Source: Chrysomallon squamiferum (Eukaryota > Animalia > Mollusca). Taken from it: 64,000 nucleotides of DNA. Made by a program: the position numbers and the translations under genes. The stretch covers positions 620,001 through 684,000 of the forward strand of contig CM022674.1 in assembly GCA_012295275.1 (NCBI GenBank), written 5' to 3'. Below, piece by piece: positions 1 through 21,811 of the stretch. The notes beneath the pieces were generated by a model, which saw only the letters and a program-made list of their open reading frames with translations, made no database searches and was not told the origin of the DNA. Every line of letters starts with the position of its first letter. Position 1 is the stretch's first letter.

Positions 1-2029
1 TCATTCTTGTTAGTTGCACAGTAAATTGTTACCATCTCATACTTTTCTAACTGACCTTTTGTTTGCTATTTATTTACTTATTTATTTTTATTGTAATGAC
101 GATGGGCAGTTCTGTGGCTCAAGTGACATGAAGGAAAAATATGAATTTTATTATATATTTATGCAAAGTGTCAAAATCTACTCATAAAACTCCTTATTTA
201 ATATTCTTACTGACTCATATTTGTTCCTCATTATAATGACATCAGCTTGTATCACATAATTTCAAAGATGTAACCTACTAAAAGATAGGAATAACAGGCA
301 TCTCAAATCACCCATACTAAATTGGCTTTAACATTTCATCTCAATTTGTAATATCAGTAGGATCAGTTTAGAGAATATGGAAATTTAGAATATGTTTTTA
401 AAGTTGGTAGCCAAAAATTATATTTAAAGCAATGTATCTAAATATTTCTGTTTAATTCTCTTAGCACTAGGCAAGGGAAAGTTAAAAGGTATATCAGTCT
501 GTCTTGAAATTATCTGATTTGTATCTGACAGAGAAAACAAAACTGTAACGGGTTACATATGACAGGGGGAAAATGGGGTGTAGTAAAATCCATCACATAC
601 CAACAAATCAGACAAATAGTTAGCGCTTTCAAGTCTTTCAGCACAAAGGGATGGTTCACTGTTTACCACTAGATGACATATGCCGATTATGTTCTACATA
701 CAATTCATCAGTACTTCTTCTTGTTCATTTCCTGAGCTATTTTCAAGAAAAATCAAAGGAACTGCTTGTTTCCACTGAGGATGGACACTGTGTCACCTTC
801 ATTCTGACAAATGATGAAATGGAAACTTGTGAAGAACTTCATCTTTCTGCTGATGAGTCCCCTACTGACATGTTAAGAGCCAATTTCCTATAAAGGTAAG
901 GCATATTCATGATGACCATTAAGCACTGAGCTGTTACCACCTGGAAAATGACATCCTAAAGAGGACAAAATCTTCTATAGATGAAGTTGTTATCAGTTAA
1001 AGGGATCTGAAAGAAGGGCAAGTTTCCTGAACTTTTACTAATCATATAGCTTTTGAGTCACAGACACAGCAGTCCTAAACATGATGGAAGATCATGTATT
1101 AAGTTTGAATTGTCATGTGTCATTTATTTATTGAAATGAATCAATACCACATGAACTCATCTACTTTATATCACTTGCATGAAGGTTTCAATGTCATGCT
1201 TATCTGAAAATGCACCAGGAAATAAAACTGCTGGTGATGATTTGTCTGGGTTGTTTGACTTCAACTTTACATTACCTTTAGAATGATTGCAGATGAATCT
1301 GAAGGTAGCAAAGAAGCAAAGCAATTTTTTTTCTGAACTGTCAAAGAAAATATTTGAGAAAAGTTTAACATATACTTTAAAAATAGACACAAAAGTGGTG
1401 GAGATGAAATTAGTACTTTGATACAAAAAACTTACAGTTACAAATATCTTTTAAATGACATCATGACATTCAGGACAGTAAGATTAACTCAAAGGTTTTT
1501 ATCTACTGTTACAAAAATAATATATTCTAGAAATGAATGCTTTAAGAACTTTATAGGTAACTGGCACAAGTCATAATAAAATACAGCGCTATTGCTTTAT
1601 CTCATATTGGTATGTTCTTATATGTAATGTTTCAGTTACAGCTTTGGTTAGGTCCATATAAAAGTGGTCTGCTTACAAAGTTAGTCAGGTCTATTCTTTG
1701 TGCAGAATGTTGACTACATAAAATGTATAATATAGTGATATGTCAAAACATAATGTGTCAGTTTTTTATATTCCTTGCATTAAAAGGAACAAACATTGCT
1801 CATAATCAAAGAAAATATTGGAGTGAATATTTCAATATAAAATAAGGTTTATTTATTTAATTGTTGTTTTGTTTAAAACTGTATATTTTCTGTTTCACTA
1901 TTTTTATTTGAAGGTGGGGAGAAATTTATATAGTTCTGAAGCAGTAAGATATTTATTTGTTTCATTGTCAAAATAAAAGAAATCACTCAAAATAAAAAAT
2001 AAAATTTGAAGTGTCACTTTACGAGACAG

Positions 2030-5000
2030 AAACGAGTTCAGAAGAGACAACTGAAAACAGAAGACAGTGAAGACAGTGAAGACGAATCTAGGATCATTGA
2101 AGTCCGAGGTTTCAGTCCAGAAACAAGTGATGACATCATTGAATGTTACTTTGAGAATCGCAGGAAAGGTGGAGGAGAAATAGGTGATTTAAGAAGAGAA
2201 AATGATGTTATCTACATCACATTTGTTGATGCTCAAAGTGAGTAAAACATTTAAAGTGTTCCAAGCTAATTCCTCATTTACAGCATAATTTTAATTTAGC
2301 ACATTATGTGATTAATAATGTCAAAATGAAACAGATAAAACATGCATTTATCTTTTTGTGTAAAATTTACATAGCAAACTGAAATTAATTTGGTCATTTC
2401 CTTATTCTGATTTACTGCCTGTTACAACTGGTATAGGTTTTTAATTACTTAATTCTGGTACTTCAAATACTGGTATTTTGTAACTAACAAGACACTTCAG
2501 TGTTTTAAATATATAAATCTTGTATGATTTCAGTTGATATATGAAAAAAATTAAAATAATGTTATTTTCAGTGGTTACTAATGTCATGAATACTGGAATC
2601 TACAAAAATTCAACAGCTTTCCACACTTTACATTTCTTAATTCTATACAATAGAGTTATCTAACATGATTATATCCTCATTATTCTAGAAGCATCAAAAG
2701 ACTGCAAGTATCGTTTTATTTGTTGTGATTTAAGAAGAAATTTCTCTTCAGCATTTGTTTTATTTTTAAAAAAAATCCACTGTTATTATTATTTTTGTTT
2801 TATTTTGTTCTTTGTTTTCTATAGTTGCTGAGAAGATTGTGAAAATGTCACACAAGTTAATGGGACACAATCTGGAGGTGAGATGTTACACTCCCCCAAA
2901 ACCTAGACCTACCTATGACGACAGGCTACAGATCACTGGAATCAGAAGTACAACCACAAAAGACTGCTTGATAAATTACCTGGAAGCAAAAGGAAATTGT
3001 GAGATTGATGAATCTAAAGTTGTTTATGGAGATGAAGAAGGAACTGTTGTTGTCCATTTTACCAAGATGCCAGGTATTTTACTAAATTAACACTATGTTG
3101 ATATACACATCAGTGTCTTAGTAAAAATATGTAACTTTAATATAACTGAACGTTTACAGTATTTGTCTCAGTCTTAATTATGGAATATTTTTATAATTTA
3201 ACATTTTATTTAATGCCAAAAAAATATCCCATTTGATAGTTTTGTACATTTCATTTGAAGAATGTAATGTGAAACGATGGATGATAACATTAAACTTCAC
3301 ACAAAAAACATAAACACCTAGAGAGAAAATAAAATATCTCAGCAAAGAAAAGAGAAATGACTTAATATAAAAAGATTAAAATGTTTTTATAAAACATATT
3401 CATGATTGATCTGTTTGAGTAGTTATTTTCTCATGTGTTACTATCAGTTTTTAGTATTTAAACAGCTTCTTTAAGAAAACAGTAGAACAACTTAAGAATC
3501 CTCTTTTTGTTTTGTTCTTTTTTTTTTTCAGACTCATGAAACATTAACATTTTCTCTTAATTATTACTTTTAATATAATATTAATCAAAATTTCCTTGTG
3601 GTTTAAATTAGTATTTCTGTTTAAATTTCAGATGTTGAAAGACTTCAGAAGATATGTTCAGAAAAGCCACTAGAAGGAAACTTCTTGACAGTGAGCAGAG
3701 TTCCAGTCAGTAACAGTATTATTGTCAGAGGACTCAAACCAAAGACCAGTGAGGATGCTGTCAGGTACTACTTTGAGGGTAAACGATCTGGTAATGTGGA
3801 GTATGTTGAAACTGAGAAGGTGCAAATCAAATCAGATGATGGCTGCTGTTTGGTGTATTTTAAAGACCATTCAGGTAATTCAAACATCTCATGTTGTTCA
3901 TTATTTTCTTGAAATAATCCTCTGATGTTTTAAAATAGTTTTATAAATAACCAAAGTTTTTATTAATTTATATTTTATGAAATATTCCTTAAACAGCAAT
4001 CATTTCAATTTGATCTTAAATTGCAAATTATTATTAAAAACAAAGTTGTCAGACTAACAGCACAAAGCCATGGTGGAATACATACATAACACAGGAACAT
4101 TTATTTAACAGTTTGCTCAAATGTTTTTAATTAATATCCTGTCTCAAGAGAAACATAATAATATCACATAAAAAGATGGCTTTAGTTCAGTGGATACCTG
4201 ATATATAGGTTTAGTTGAAGACAAGAATTTGTTTTTTTATTTAAAAAGAGATGATTCTACATACAATTTTTTCATTTTTAAACAACATTAATTAATTTTA
4301 AAAAAGAAGAAAAAAAGGTTATAATTATTATTTTCCAGTCATTATCAGTTGGCTAAGTAGGAGAGTGTATGAATAAAAGAAAAGTAATCACGAATCAGTT
4401 ATTATTTATTTCCAGTGATTGAACAGATTGTTCAGCATCCAGGAGGTCACAAGCTTGATGGTGCCACTTTGAATGTTTCCATCTACCATGAATGTCTTTG
4501 AACTGGAGGACGGATGTGTGATCCAACCTGGTTTAAGACGCCTGATCCACTCACCATAACTAATCTAAATAAATACAAATTAGCTTTCATAAAAAAAGAC
4601 AGAATTGCAAGGGAAGGTTTTGAGAAACAGCTAAAATGATGCCATTCTGATCTGTAATCGGTGAAAGAACATGACACCACTATCTTACTTAAGTGTACTC
4701 TCACAAAACAAGTGCCCAGTGTGCAAACACTCTCTCACAACTGGGCTGCTGATGTTGAAAGTGCAGTGAAAGAATATTTAAAATTGCTGGAGGTTTAAGA
4801 AATAAATACTCTTGAAGACAAAAGAAGAAAGCACAAAGTTTCTGAAACTGTTAGTGAATTGAATTCCATTGAGTTGCGTTTGCTTTCAGCCCATGGATTT
4901 CCAAAGCAAATTAAGAAAAAATATCCTAATCTGACCCTAACTATTGAATTACTCAAAGTAGAAATATCTTTTTTTGGAATAATTGCAGATGTCAATAATG

Positions 5001-6521
5001 CACTGGTTGAAATGTATGTATTACTTAAGAGAAAAAAACAGTCAAGACTCACTTATTTTTCTGCATATCAGTTGCAAATGGTTGATAAGAAATCTGTTCA
5101 TGAGTACATTGCAAAGAAAATTAAAAAGAAAAACCTGGTTGGTGTTTGGGAAATTACTGATAAAGATGTTGCAATCCTTGCATTCAGTGATCACGATGCT
5201 TTTCATGTGGCAAACATTATTAAACAGTCTGTCATTGAGAACATTTTGACACTTGAACCCGAATCACAGGCTCTGCTTTCATCTGACAAGTGGTCAAATT
5301 TTATCAGTGGACTGAGTCAATATTATGGTGACTTTCTACATAGCACTCTGATGTGATGGAAACTATAGCTGTTGCAGGTAAAGGTGTGAAGATTGTAGGA
5401 AAATGTATGATGCCAGGACAGCGACAGCTGTTTTTTGTTGAAGGGGACATCGCTGAAATGAATGTTGATGTCATTGTAAGTACAGCTAATGAAAGACTGG
5501 ATCACATTGATGGCTTAGCCAAAGCTATTGTTGACAAAGGTATGTTATTTATAAGTATCCATTTTACTTTCATTGAACTTTACCTTTGTTATCATAAAAC
5601 ATCAATACAATCATTTTATTCAAATGATACTTCCTGTAAATTATTATTATTATTTTTTTTTTACATTTTATATCTGAGAAGATATGATAATGAAAACAAC
5701 TGATAATCTTTAAATCTGTTTTTCACTAACCTATCAATTTGAATTTGGTCTGCTATGTTTAAAATTATAGACTATATCTTAAAAAAAAATAAAAAATATT
5801 AATAAGAAATATAATTTCAGATTGAAAGAATACAGAATAAACCACTATATCAGCAGTATGTAGTGAAGAAAAAGCATATAACTGAACAAAGCAGTAAACC
5901 TGCTGAAAGAAAACTGTGGCATGGGACCAGTTCTGATGCTGTTGTTTCTCTGAATACCCATGGATTCAACAGAAGTTACTGTGGCAAAACTGGTTAGTAA
6001 AATAACACCTGACAGATACTAGTAATGTATTGCAGCCACATATAATAACAAACTGTAACGTAACAGACAAAATAGAAGAAATAATATAATTTTTGGCGTG
6101 GTTCTTTAAAATAAACGATAGAAATCACAATTGCTATATTAAATTAATTGGAATATTACCATGTTAATATTTATGATACATATAATATTTTAATAGTTTA
6201 GACACATCATTATTATTATTTTTTTTTTTTTCAGCTACAGCTTTTGGAGATGGAGTGTATTTTGCTGTTAATGCAAGTTATTCTGCAGGTAACTCATATT
6301 CTCAACCAGATTCACAAGGTCACAAACACCTGTACTATGCCTCAGTTCTTACTGGTGATTTTACTAGAGGAGAAGGAGGAATGCGTGTTCCACCAGTGAA
6401 ACCATCAAATCAAGCTCTCTTGTATGATTCTGTTGTTGATGATGTTGCTAAGCTTACAATGTACATCATTTTCAATGACACTCAGGCATACCCTGATTAT
6501 CTCATAACATTCACTCTCTAA
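2030..6521 (+). pseudogene. PARP14: PARP14-like mono-ADP-ribosyltransferase pseudogene (RRMs, KH-like region, partial macrodomain, PARP catalytic domain)
   Basis: Exons ~2030-2237, 2825-3073, 3632-3874, 4416-5539, 5821-5992, 6235-6521 with GT-AG borders; the first acceptor is unclear. PARP14-type RRM motifs IECYFENRRKGGGEI and VRYYFEGKRSG, macrodomain start GDIAEMNVDVIVSTANERLDHIDGLAKAIVDKG, catalytic motifs IERIQN, LWHGT, GFNRSYCGK, FGDGVYFA, YDSV, QAYPDYLITF. In-frame stops at 4499, 4637, 4655, 4796 and 5354, a frameshift near 5353, and a phase mismatch between 5539 and 5821 where exons are missing. Confidence 0.9.
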
Positions 6522-7129
6522 ATAGCTGCAGAAAATGAAGTGTTTTCAGCAAGTAATGCTTTTTAATAATTCAAAAGCACATTACGTTTTTATTTTTATT
6601 TATTCTTTTTCTTGAGATTCTTTTATATATACTGTCACGCCCCCATATCACCTTCTATAGTTGGAACAGAACAAATCATGACCTATTATAGCGACAATCC
6701 AGTAAAACTAATATTATGAATTATATAAATTAACAAACAGGCATTTTATTTCTTCCCAGTGAAAGTACATTTTTCTTTCCTTCCTTGTCTTAATTATTTT
6801 TTTGTAAATTTTTTTTATGTATAATTTCAAATACAGGCCTATAAGCGAAATATTTTACCAACCTTTCCGATGATTACATGTGAAAAAAAGACTATTTTTA
6901 ACTAATAATCCATAATGAAAACAATTTCATGGTTTCTAATTTAATCAGTGTTAATCCTTTGGAAATGAATAAAGCCTGGAGCTGCTGTGAAAGTGTGTGG
7001 GTGTTATAAAAAAGTACTCTAGTGGAATCATAATTGGACATTTTTTGAAGAAAACATGATTTCAAATAATCATTGCTTCTAGCCCACCCTCACCTAAATT
7101 AAATCAGTTCAAATAAATCCATCCATCAA

Positions 7130-7164
<35 letters not shown>

Positions 7165-7666
7165 AATGTTTAAAATAACAATGATGGTTGTCTACTTTTT
7201 TCTTCTTCTCTTTTTCATTTATCCAGAATAAATTAAAAAGATTGATAATAAGTAAATAACAATAACAACAACAACAAGAATATTAATAATAATAATAACA
7301 ACAATAATAATTATTATTACTGTTATTAATATTATTATTATAGTAATAACTTGGATGACAATGATGATAACAACGGTAATGTCAGTAATAACAAGAAAGA
7401 CCCAAAGAAGAGAATGTAAATCCAAAAGAAAGAAGAGTAAACAATTGAAAGTGCTTAAAACTGTGCTTCTTTAAAACAAACAAACAAAATATACGTTTAT
7501 GTTATTATTTATTATTTTGCTCACTAATTTGAAAACACACAGCAATATCATATTGTACAGTCTTAGTAGCTAAGGTCAGTAACTATTGGCTAATTCAAAT
7601 TCAATAAAACCTGCTTAGCTAGGAAAAGATAACTCTAACAGAAACGAATGACGTTTCTCGTCGTCT

Positions 7667-14525
<6,859 letters not shown>

Positions 14526-14744
14526 TTTACCTGAAAAGTTAAAACTTACAATCAGTAATAAATTACCTTTATTCGGCTTAACAGACATTTGATTATTTTA
14601 CATGTAACATCAACATCGCAAACTGTATCAGCTTTTTAAGATAACGGTTATTGGTGATTTCAAATATTCGGATAACGTTATAACTTTTTTCTTTTTTTAT
14701 CAGTACCATCAAATGAATAGTATACATTCTGTTTTAATGTGCAT

Positions 14745-14798
<54 letters not shown>

Positions 14799-14822
14799 AA
14801 CGTATATAAGTTATAAGTTATA

Positions 14823-14886
<64 letters not shown>

Positions 14887-16718
14887 ATTATTATTTTGAT
14901 AATGGTAATTTTCGGGGGTTTTATTATTTTAATTTTTATTCGATTCTGTGGTCTTCGAGTTGTTATTATTACTTTTCATTTTATTTTATTTATTTTTATT
15001 TTCATTAAATAAATTCTGCTTATATCCGAGTTAATTTCGGATTTTTTTTTTTTTTTTTTTACAGAATTCAAATTATTTCATAGAGTTCGCGTTATTTTAC
15101 GCATTTAATTATTTTGGAGACGTAAATTCATAACTCGAATATGGCATAACTTGAAGAAAATGTTGAAGCTATTGGAATTCAAACTAAATAACTAAGTACA
15201 CATGCATTTATTCCATTTAGAGCAAAGTAATGTTTTATCAAATAATATCTAAATACGACATTATTCGACTTTAAATATAATTTTCTAATTCATGCTATCC
15301 CAACTGTCACATACAAATGATAAATTAAAAAAATATATATATATATTTATTTAAATACGGTTATCTGAAATATCTATCCGTCTAATTATCTATTTATGTG
15401 TTAACCTATTTGTTTTATCTGTCTATCAATATATATATTTATGTAAAGACAAACAGACAATCGGAAAGAATAACAGAAATAAGAAATAATTGTAATACTC
15501 ACAATTTACTTTTTTCTCAACAGTGGTCACTTATGACTTATAAGAAAAAACAAAAAAATACAAATCCGTATTTCAGTGAAAAAAAGTTTCAAAATTTATA
15601 ACCTCTGGCAGTTTCAAATAAACTGTTTTATTTCTGAATAACTAATATCTTTCTCCTTGCCACCGAACCAACAGCACGCTTTCATAAAAGCTGTCTGAAT
15701 CTGTGAAACGAAATAAGGATTAATATACAAACTGAAGAGACGATGGTTCAGCTGTTGGCTGAACTGAGTCCTGGGAGGCTGTTTTGTAGGATGCTGAAGC
15801 GAATTTGTATTGATTGGTTTCCCTGGTGATATAAAAATATTCTAGATGTATCATGGGTTTCCTTAGCCAAGCGATTCAGGCGACTTTTCTACAAAACATT
15901 TTATGACGTCATTGCCAGTTATTAATATTAACATTACACTACTTCAAAGTTAGTAAGTGAATAAATGAATGGATGAATGAATAAATAAATAAATAAATAA
16001 ATAAATATGCATACAAATAAACAGATAAAAAAAAAATTATGGGTATAATGAATGAAGGAATAAATAAAGAAAGAAAGAAAGAAACGCAATAAACAAGTAA
16101 ATAAATACCAAATAATAATAATAATAATAATAAATCAATAAACAATTAAACAGAAATTTACATAAATAAACAGAAAAATGTCAAAACTAAACAAGTAAAT
16201 AAATGTAATAAGCCTACCTGCATGCAAAGAAAGAAAGAAAGAAATATACAAATAAATAAAGTATTTACAGAACGGTTCAAATAAATACAGCTAAGAATAA
16301 ACGACATCAGAGTAGTAGTAGTTACATAGTAATAGTTGTAGTAGTAGTAGTAGAATTAATAGCAGTCGTAGTAGTAACAGTAGTAGCAGTAATAGATGTA
16401 GATAGATGTAATAATAGTGGTAATATTAGTACTAGTAATAGTACTAGTTGCAATGGTAATAGTAATAGTAATTGTAGTATTATTAGTAGAAGTGATAATA
16501 ATAGTAGCAGTAAAAGTAGCAGCAATAGTAGTAGTAGTAGTAGTTGTAGTAGTAGTAGCAGTGATTGTAATACCAATGCTACTAATAGTGGTAGTAGTAG
16601 TAATACTAGTGGGAGTAGTAACAATAGTAGTGAGTAGTAGTACTAGTAACAGCAGTACTATAAATAGTGTGTGTGTGCGTGCATAAAGTAAACATTTGAA
16701 CGCCGTCCATTAGACTTA

Positions 16719-16841
16719 TGTGGAAATTTAATCACCTCGTTATCCGCTGTCGACAACGTGATTATTTCTGTGTGTTACACACAAGTAGACTGACATTATG
16801 AATTATTCCAAGTTGATATTTCCCTCGTGACACTTTGTGGA
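16719..16841. repeat. Copy 2 (inverted) of the ~122-bp element at 10675-10796
   Basis: tgtggaaatttaatcacctcgttatccgctgtcgacaacgtgattatttctgtgtgttacacacaagtagactgacattatgaattattccaagttgatatttccctcgtgacactttgtgga is the reverse complement of copy 1. Confidence 0.92.
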
Positions 16842-17242
16842 ATATAAACTGATTGGTGTGAAGCCAGAGGCAGTAAGCGACTTGTTGAAAGTTCGTACTC
16901 ATGTACTTCTGTATTCGTGTGTGTGTGTGTGTGTGTACCTGTTTAAATGTATATTCATATTAATGATGTAATTTATATATGAATATACATGTAAACATTC
17001 AGTTACAGAAACACACAAGCACATAAGGGCATATATATATATATACATAAAAATCGTACATGCATACATAACTACACACATTCTTGCCCATACACAGACA
17101 CACAAATCCAACAGCGCCTTTGTTGTTGTTTTTTTCTTTTCATTTTATCTATTACTTAATAATAATAATAATAACAACAACAATTTGTTGATTGGTTTTA
17201 TTTATTATTATGATGATGGTGATTATTATGATTATTATGATG

Positions 17243-17278
<36 letters not shown>

Positions 17279-17903
17279 TATACATTATACATTCATTGTT
17301 TAGTCATTATTTACAGATCTAATTGCGAAATATCACTGATCGTGTAGTAAAAGCGATGTGATGAAATGTTGTGTTATCCTACAGCTCAGACCAATACGTC
17401 ATCGTCATCTCTGAACTGTAAAGATAATTAAGAGCGCACGAGGGACTTTCAAGCGCCTTGTCCCACATTCGCACTAAGAGATCGTGTTGAGGACTGAGGG
17501 CGTGTGAGAGGCGTGTCAGATATAAATATATGATGTTGAGGAATGCTGTAGAAAATGTTTCCTGTACAGAACGTTGAAAATATTTGCGTCAAAACATATT
17601 GCTGTTGCAGTTGTTGTTGTTGTTGTTATTGTAGTTGCTGGTGTTATCATTCCTTATATTATGTATTTATGTATGTTTGCATAAATGTGTGTATGTATGT
17701 ATTATGTATGGGACCCCTAAACGTTTCAGTATATAGTTTACACATACTGTAGACTTCATGTGCAATAACAGTGGTACCAGATTTGACTAGATGTAATGTT
17801 AACTTTGGCTGTGGCAGAAATATCTACGTAAACAGAGCTTGAGATATCATCAGGCATAAAAAAGAAACATAATAATTTATTGATAGATAGATAGATTGAT
17901 AGC

Positions 17904-17999
<96 letters not shown>

Positions 18000-18681
18000 T
18001 AGATAGATAGATAGATAGATAACCTACTTAATTAATTTATTAATAAATAAATAAAAATGTATTCAGTATTGTCAGTGAAGATAGTTATTATTTTATTCTA
18101 CAAAACTAACACGTGATATATACCAATTCTTCGACACATGCGTATTGTAGAAACAGTAATGGATATATCAAAATACTGAGCTGACAACAGACAATGCACT
18201 TTGTAAAGAAAAACAGACGCTCAGAAATGTAGAGGAGAAATTTCAAGAAATCATTACAGAAAAGTTGCTTGAACATGCACCAAAGACGAAACATTTAATT
18301 ATTTAAATGACAGTCTTGTGAAATAATGAAAAGAAATTTTTGTCGATACTGAAATTTTGGCCCTGAGAAAATACTGTGGGTAGGCGGGTTGATAAAAACT
18401 GAAGGTTGTTTCATTTCCTACACTTTTGTCCATAAAAAAAACAAAAAAAACAACATCTTTGCTTAAACGTTTTCCATTATTTTAATTAGCGTTCCCGTTT
18501 AAGTTCACTTATCTTCAGAAAATAAAAGAAAATAAATGTTTAATCATTATTATCGAAAAATATGAAGTTTTTTTTTTTTTTTTTTTTTAACGGCTGATTC
18601 TGCTTCGCCTACGATTTAATTTCAGTCGACAACGATCCAGTTAATATGAACTTTGTTTGTTTAATTCTTTGGTCCTTCACT

Positions 18682-18736
<55 letters not shown>

Positions 18737-20404
18737 CTTATTTTTTTTTTTTTTATATATATATATATATATATCTTTCTTTCCTTCATATTTTCCAATT
18801 TTTTTTTTTTTTTTTTATTCTAGTTCCTTGCCTGATATCTTTTTCATTGCATGTTGTTTCTTTGTTTGCTTTTTGCTTATTTCGTTCGTTCTTTCTTTCT
18901 TTCTTTTATCTTTATATCTATTCTTTTTTTTATTTCTTAGCTTTTGTCTGTTTTATCTGACCTGCTTCTTTCCATCTTTATCTTTCGTTCATTCCTCTTC
19001 CAATATCTTTTCTTTTCTTTCTCTCTCTGTACTTGCTTTTCTTTAATTTCTTTCTTTCTGTTTGCCTGCATTTGTTAAATTTTTATTCTTTATTTATATA
19101 TCTTCTTCGTCTCTTTCAAAAAATATATTCTCTACAGTTCTTTTGTTCTTATTTAATTCAAGTGTTCTTTCTCTTTTTTTCTCAAGAGTTAGTAACATCT
19201 TCTTACTGAATCACAAATCACTATAGTGATTCATCGAAATTTACCTTTGATGTAAAATAGATATCTGCATTTGCATGAAGTCCACTGTTAAATCCTCGCT
19301 TTTGCTTTGATAAGCCAAGAGATTTTACCTCCTAATGTTTCTGATATATTGATAATTAGGGATTTCTTTTAAAAACGTAATTATTTTTCCTTTGTATTTT
19401 TTTTTGTGAATTGTTTTTCTTTTTCTTTCACAGTCAGAAACAAAATAATTTAAAAAAATTGTAGATTCTGAGTTCAAACGAGACGGTATACGTTTCATAT
19501 GATTAGCAGAACTCTGTTATGTACCTTTGATATCTTGTGTGTGTGTGTGTGCGTGTGCGTGTGCGTGTGCGTTGTGTCTATGTGCATATAAGACTGTGTA
19601 CGTGTCTGTGAGAGTGTCTGTGTAAGAGTTTGTGTGTATGTGAGTGTGTGTATTTCTGTGTGTGAATGTGTATGTGTATGCGTGAGTGTGTGTGTGTGCG
19701 CGTGTATGTGTCTGTGTGAGAGTGCGTGTGTGTGTGTTTGTGTGTGTTAGAATGATAATCACTTGGCTTCCATGCTCATCGCTGTTTTAATTCCGAACAA
19801 CACTGAACAGTAAAAATGGTTCAATTTTGAACAGCCAATGAGTAGGCAGAGATTTTAGCTAAACTGTAAAGTTTACAAACATTTCCGTCAATCTTTTTTC
19901 GAATTCACGCCATCTTTAGCCTAATTACATGAACCTATTACAGATACATGTTCACATCGCTCTATTTTAAACTACTTTATACCTCGCCATCATAAACCTT
20001 ATTATCATTATATTCTGAAAAACTGTTGCGTCATCCCATCCTGAATATTTATAACATCTACACCTTAATATCACTCCATCAACATACATATCATTATTAT
20101 TATCTGTCCATCCTACATAACTAATACATTTACCGATCCTATCACTACATCCAGTTTAACTCTTATACTAGTTCATTCTACATATTTTGTACACCATCCA
20201 ATCCTGTGTAATTTTTATATCACTCTATTCTACATAACTAATACACCACTCCGTTCTAAGGAAGTATCATCTAATTCCATCTTACATAACCATTTCTGAA
20301 CCCCATATTTTATCATCTTTTTATCGACCACATGATATAACCTTAACACCATACCATCCCGTATAACCATTATATAACCATACCATTCGTAATGTTTGCT
20401 AGTG

Positions 20405-20790
20405 ACCTTTACACCAATCTGTCTACCTAACCTTTTCACCACCCAGTCAGTCCCACGTAACATTTACACGATCCAGTCTTGTGTAACCTTTACCCGATCC
20501 AGTCTTGTGTAACCTTTACCCGATCCAGTCTTGCGTAACCTCTACACGATCCAGTCTTGCGTAACCGTTACCCGATCCAGTCTTACGTTACCTTTACATC
20601 ATCGCATCGTACGTAACCTTTAAACACACTCATTTCTACGTAACTCTTACACTACTTGCGTAACCTCTACACCAGACAGTCCTACGTAACCTCTACACCA
20701 GTCAGTCCTGCGTAACCTTTACACCAGACAGTCCTACGTAATCTTTACATTATACCCTCTGTAAACGTAACAGAGCCACGACGTAACATT
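20405..20790. repeat. 26-bp minisatellite (tttacacgatccagtcttgcgtaacc consensus) with decaying flanks
   Basis: Clear units start at 20463, 20489, 20515 and 20541. Increasingly degenerate units continue to ~20790 and probably back to ~19930. Confidence 0.85.
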
Positions 20791-21590
20791 CACTCCACCG
20801 ATGTTGTTATTACGTCGCTTCAACTCACCTCACCACATACATTATCCTCATACAACACACTCGGTTTACAATTTGTAATCAGATTATACATTAGTCTCCA
20901 GTTTCCATTTACATCAAACAACCAGTTACAACGGCACTAACTACTTCTCACTTTATTACAAACCCTCTTTCAACTCCGTTCCGCACTCGAAAAGCGACAA
21001 AACTAATTTCCATCTGTTTAAATTTCACATCGAAACTAAATCTCCCAGCTTTTCGAAGCTTTATCAAATTACAAAGCCGGTGTACCAGATTAAAAGCGAA
21101 GCAAAAGAAATAAAACAAATAAAAATGTTTTAAAAAAGTAGGTGGATTGAAAAAAAAAAATGGAAAAAAAAAAACGAAAAGAAGAAAAAAGAATAGAGAG
21201 GAAATTTCACAAATAACTGGTTTTAGCTAGCTGTTCACATATTACAGTTTGCAGAGAAAAAAAAAAAAAGAAAGATACACAAAAAGTCGTTATCTTGCAT
21301 TCAGAACGTAAAATTATTTTTCCCGTGTATTTGGTTTCGTCAGCTGAGTCTGTTTTTCTTTGTGAACTGCCATAATTCCATCTCGTTATTCCACTTATTA
21401 CAAAGGAATTTTTTTTTCTAGATAAACATTATTTTTGGTATATATCACTTAATATATTCTGTTACTTTGCTCCTCTAGATATTATTATTATTATTATCCT
21501 CATCATCATCACTATTGCTATCACTGGTGTTGTTGTTGATGATGATGATGATGTTGTTATTGTTGCTATTCTTGTTGCTATTATTATAAT

Positions 21591-21623
<33 letters not shown>

Positions 21624-21743
21624 TAGTAGTGGTAGTAGTAGTAGTACTAGTAGTAGTATTGTTGTTGTTATAAATGTTGATATTCTTATCGTTATTTTTG
21701 CTGTTGTTGCTATTACTACTACTACTACAACTACTACTACTTT

Positions 21744-21811
<68 letters not shown>

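Noticed and set aside
530-1430. Coding-looking stretch upstream of the PARP14-like exons
   Set aside because: It has multiple stops and no motif I recognise. It may be more pseudogene sequence but cannot be assigned without a search.
19245-19284. Candidate micro-exon on the minus strand ending caaag|gtaa like the knottin pro-exon (similar candidates near 8662-8691 and 21897-21941)
   Set aside because: The acceptors are weak or the phase is incompatible, and no matching signal or mature exon was found.
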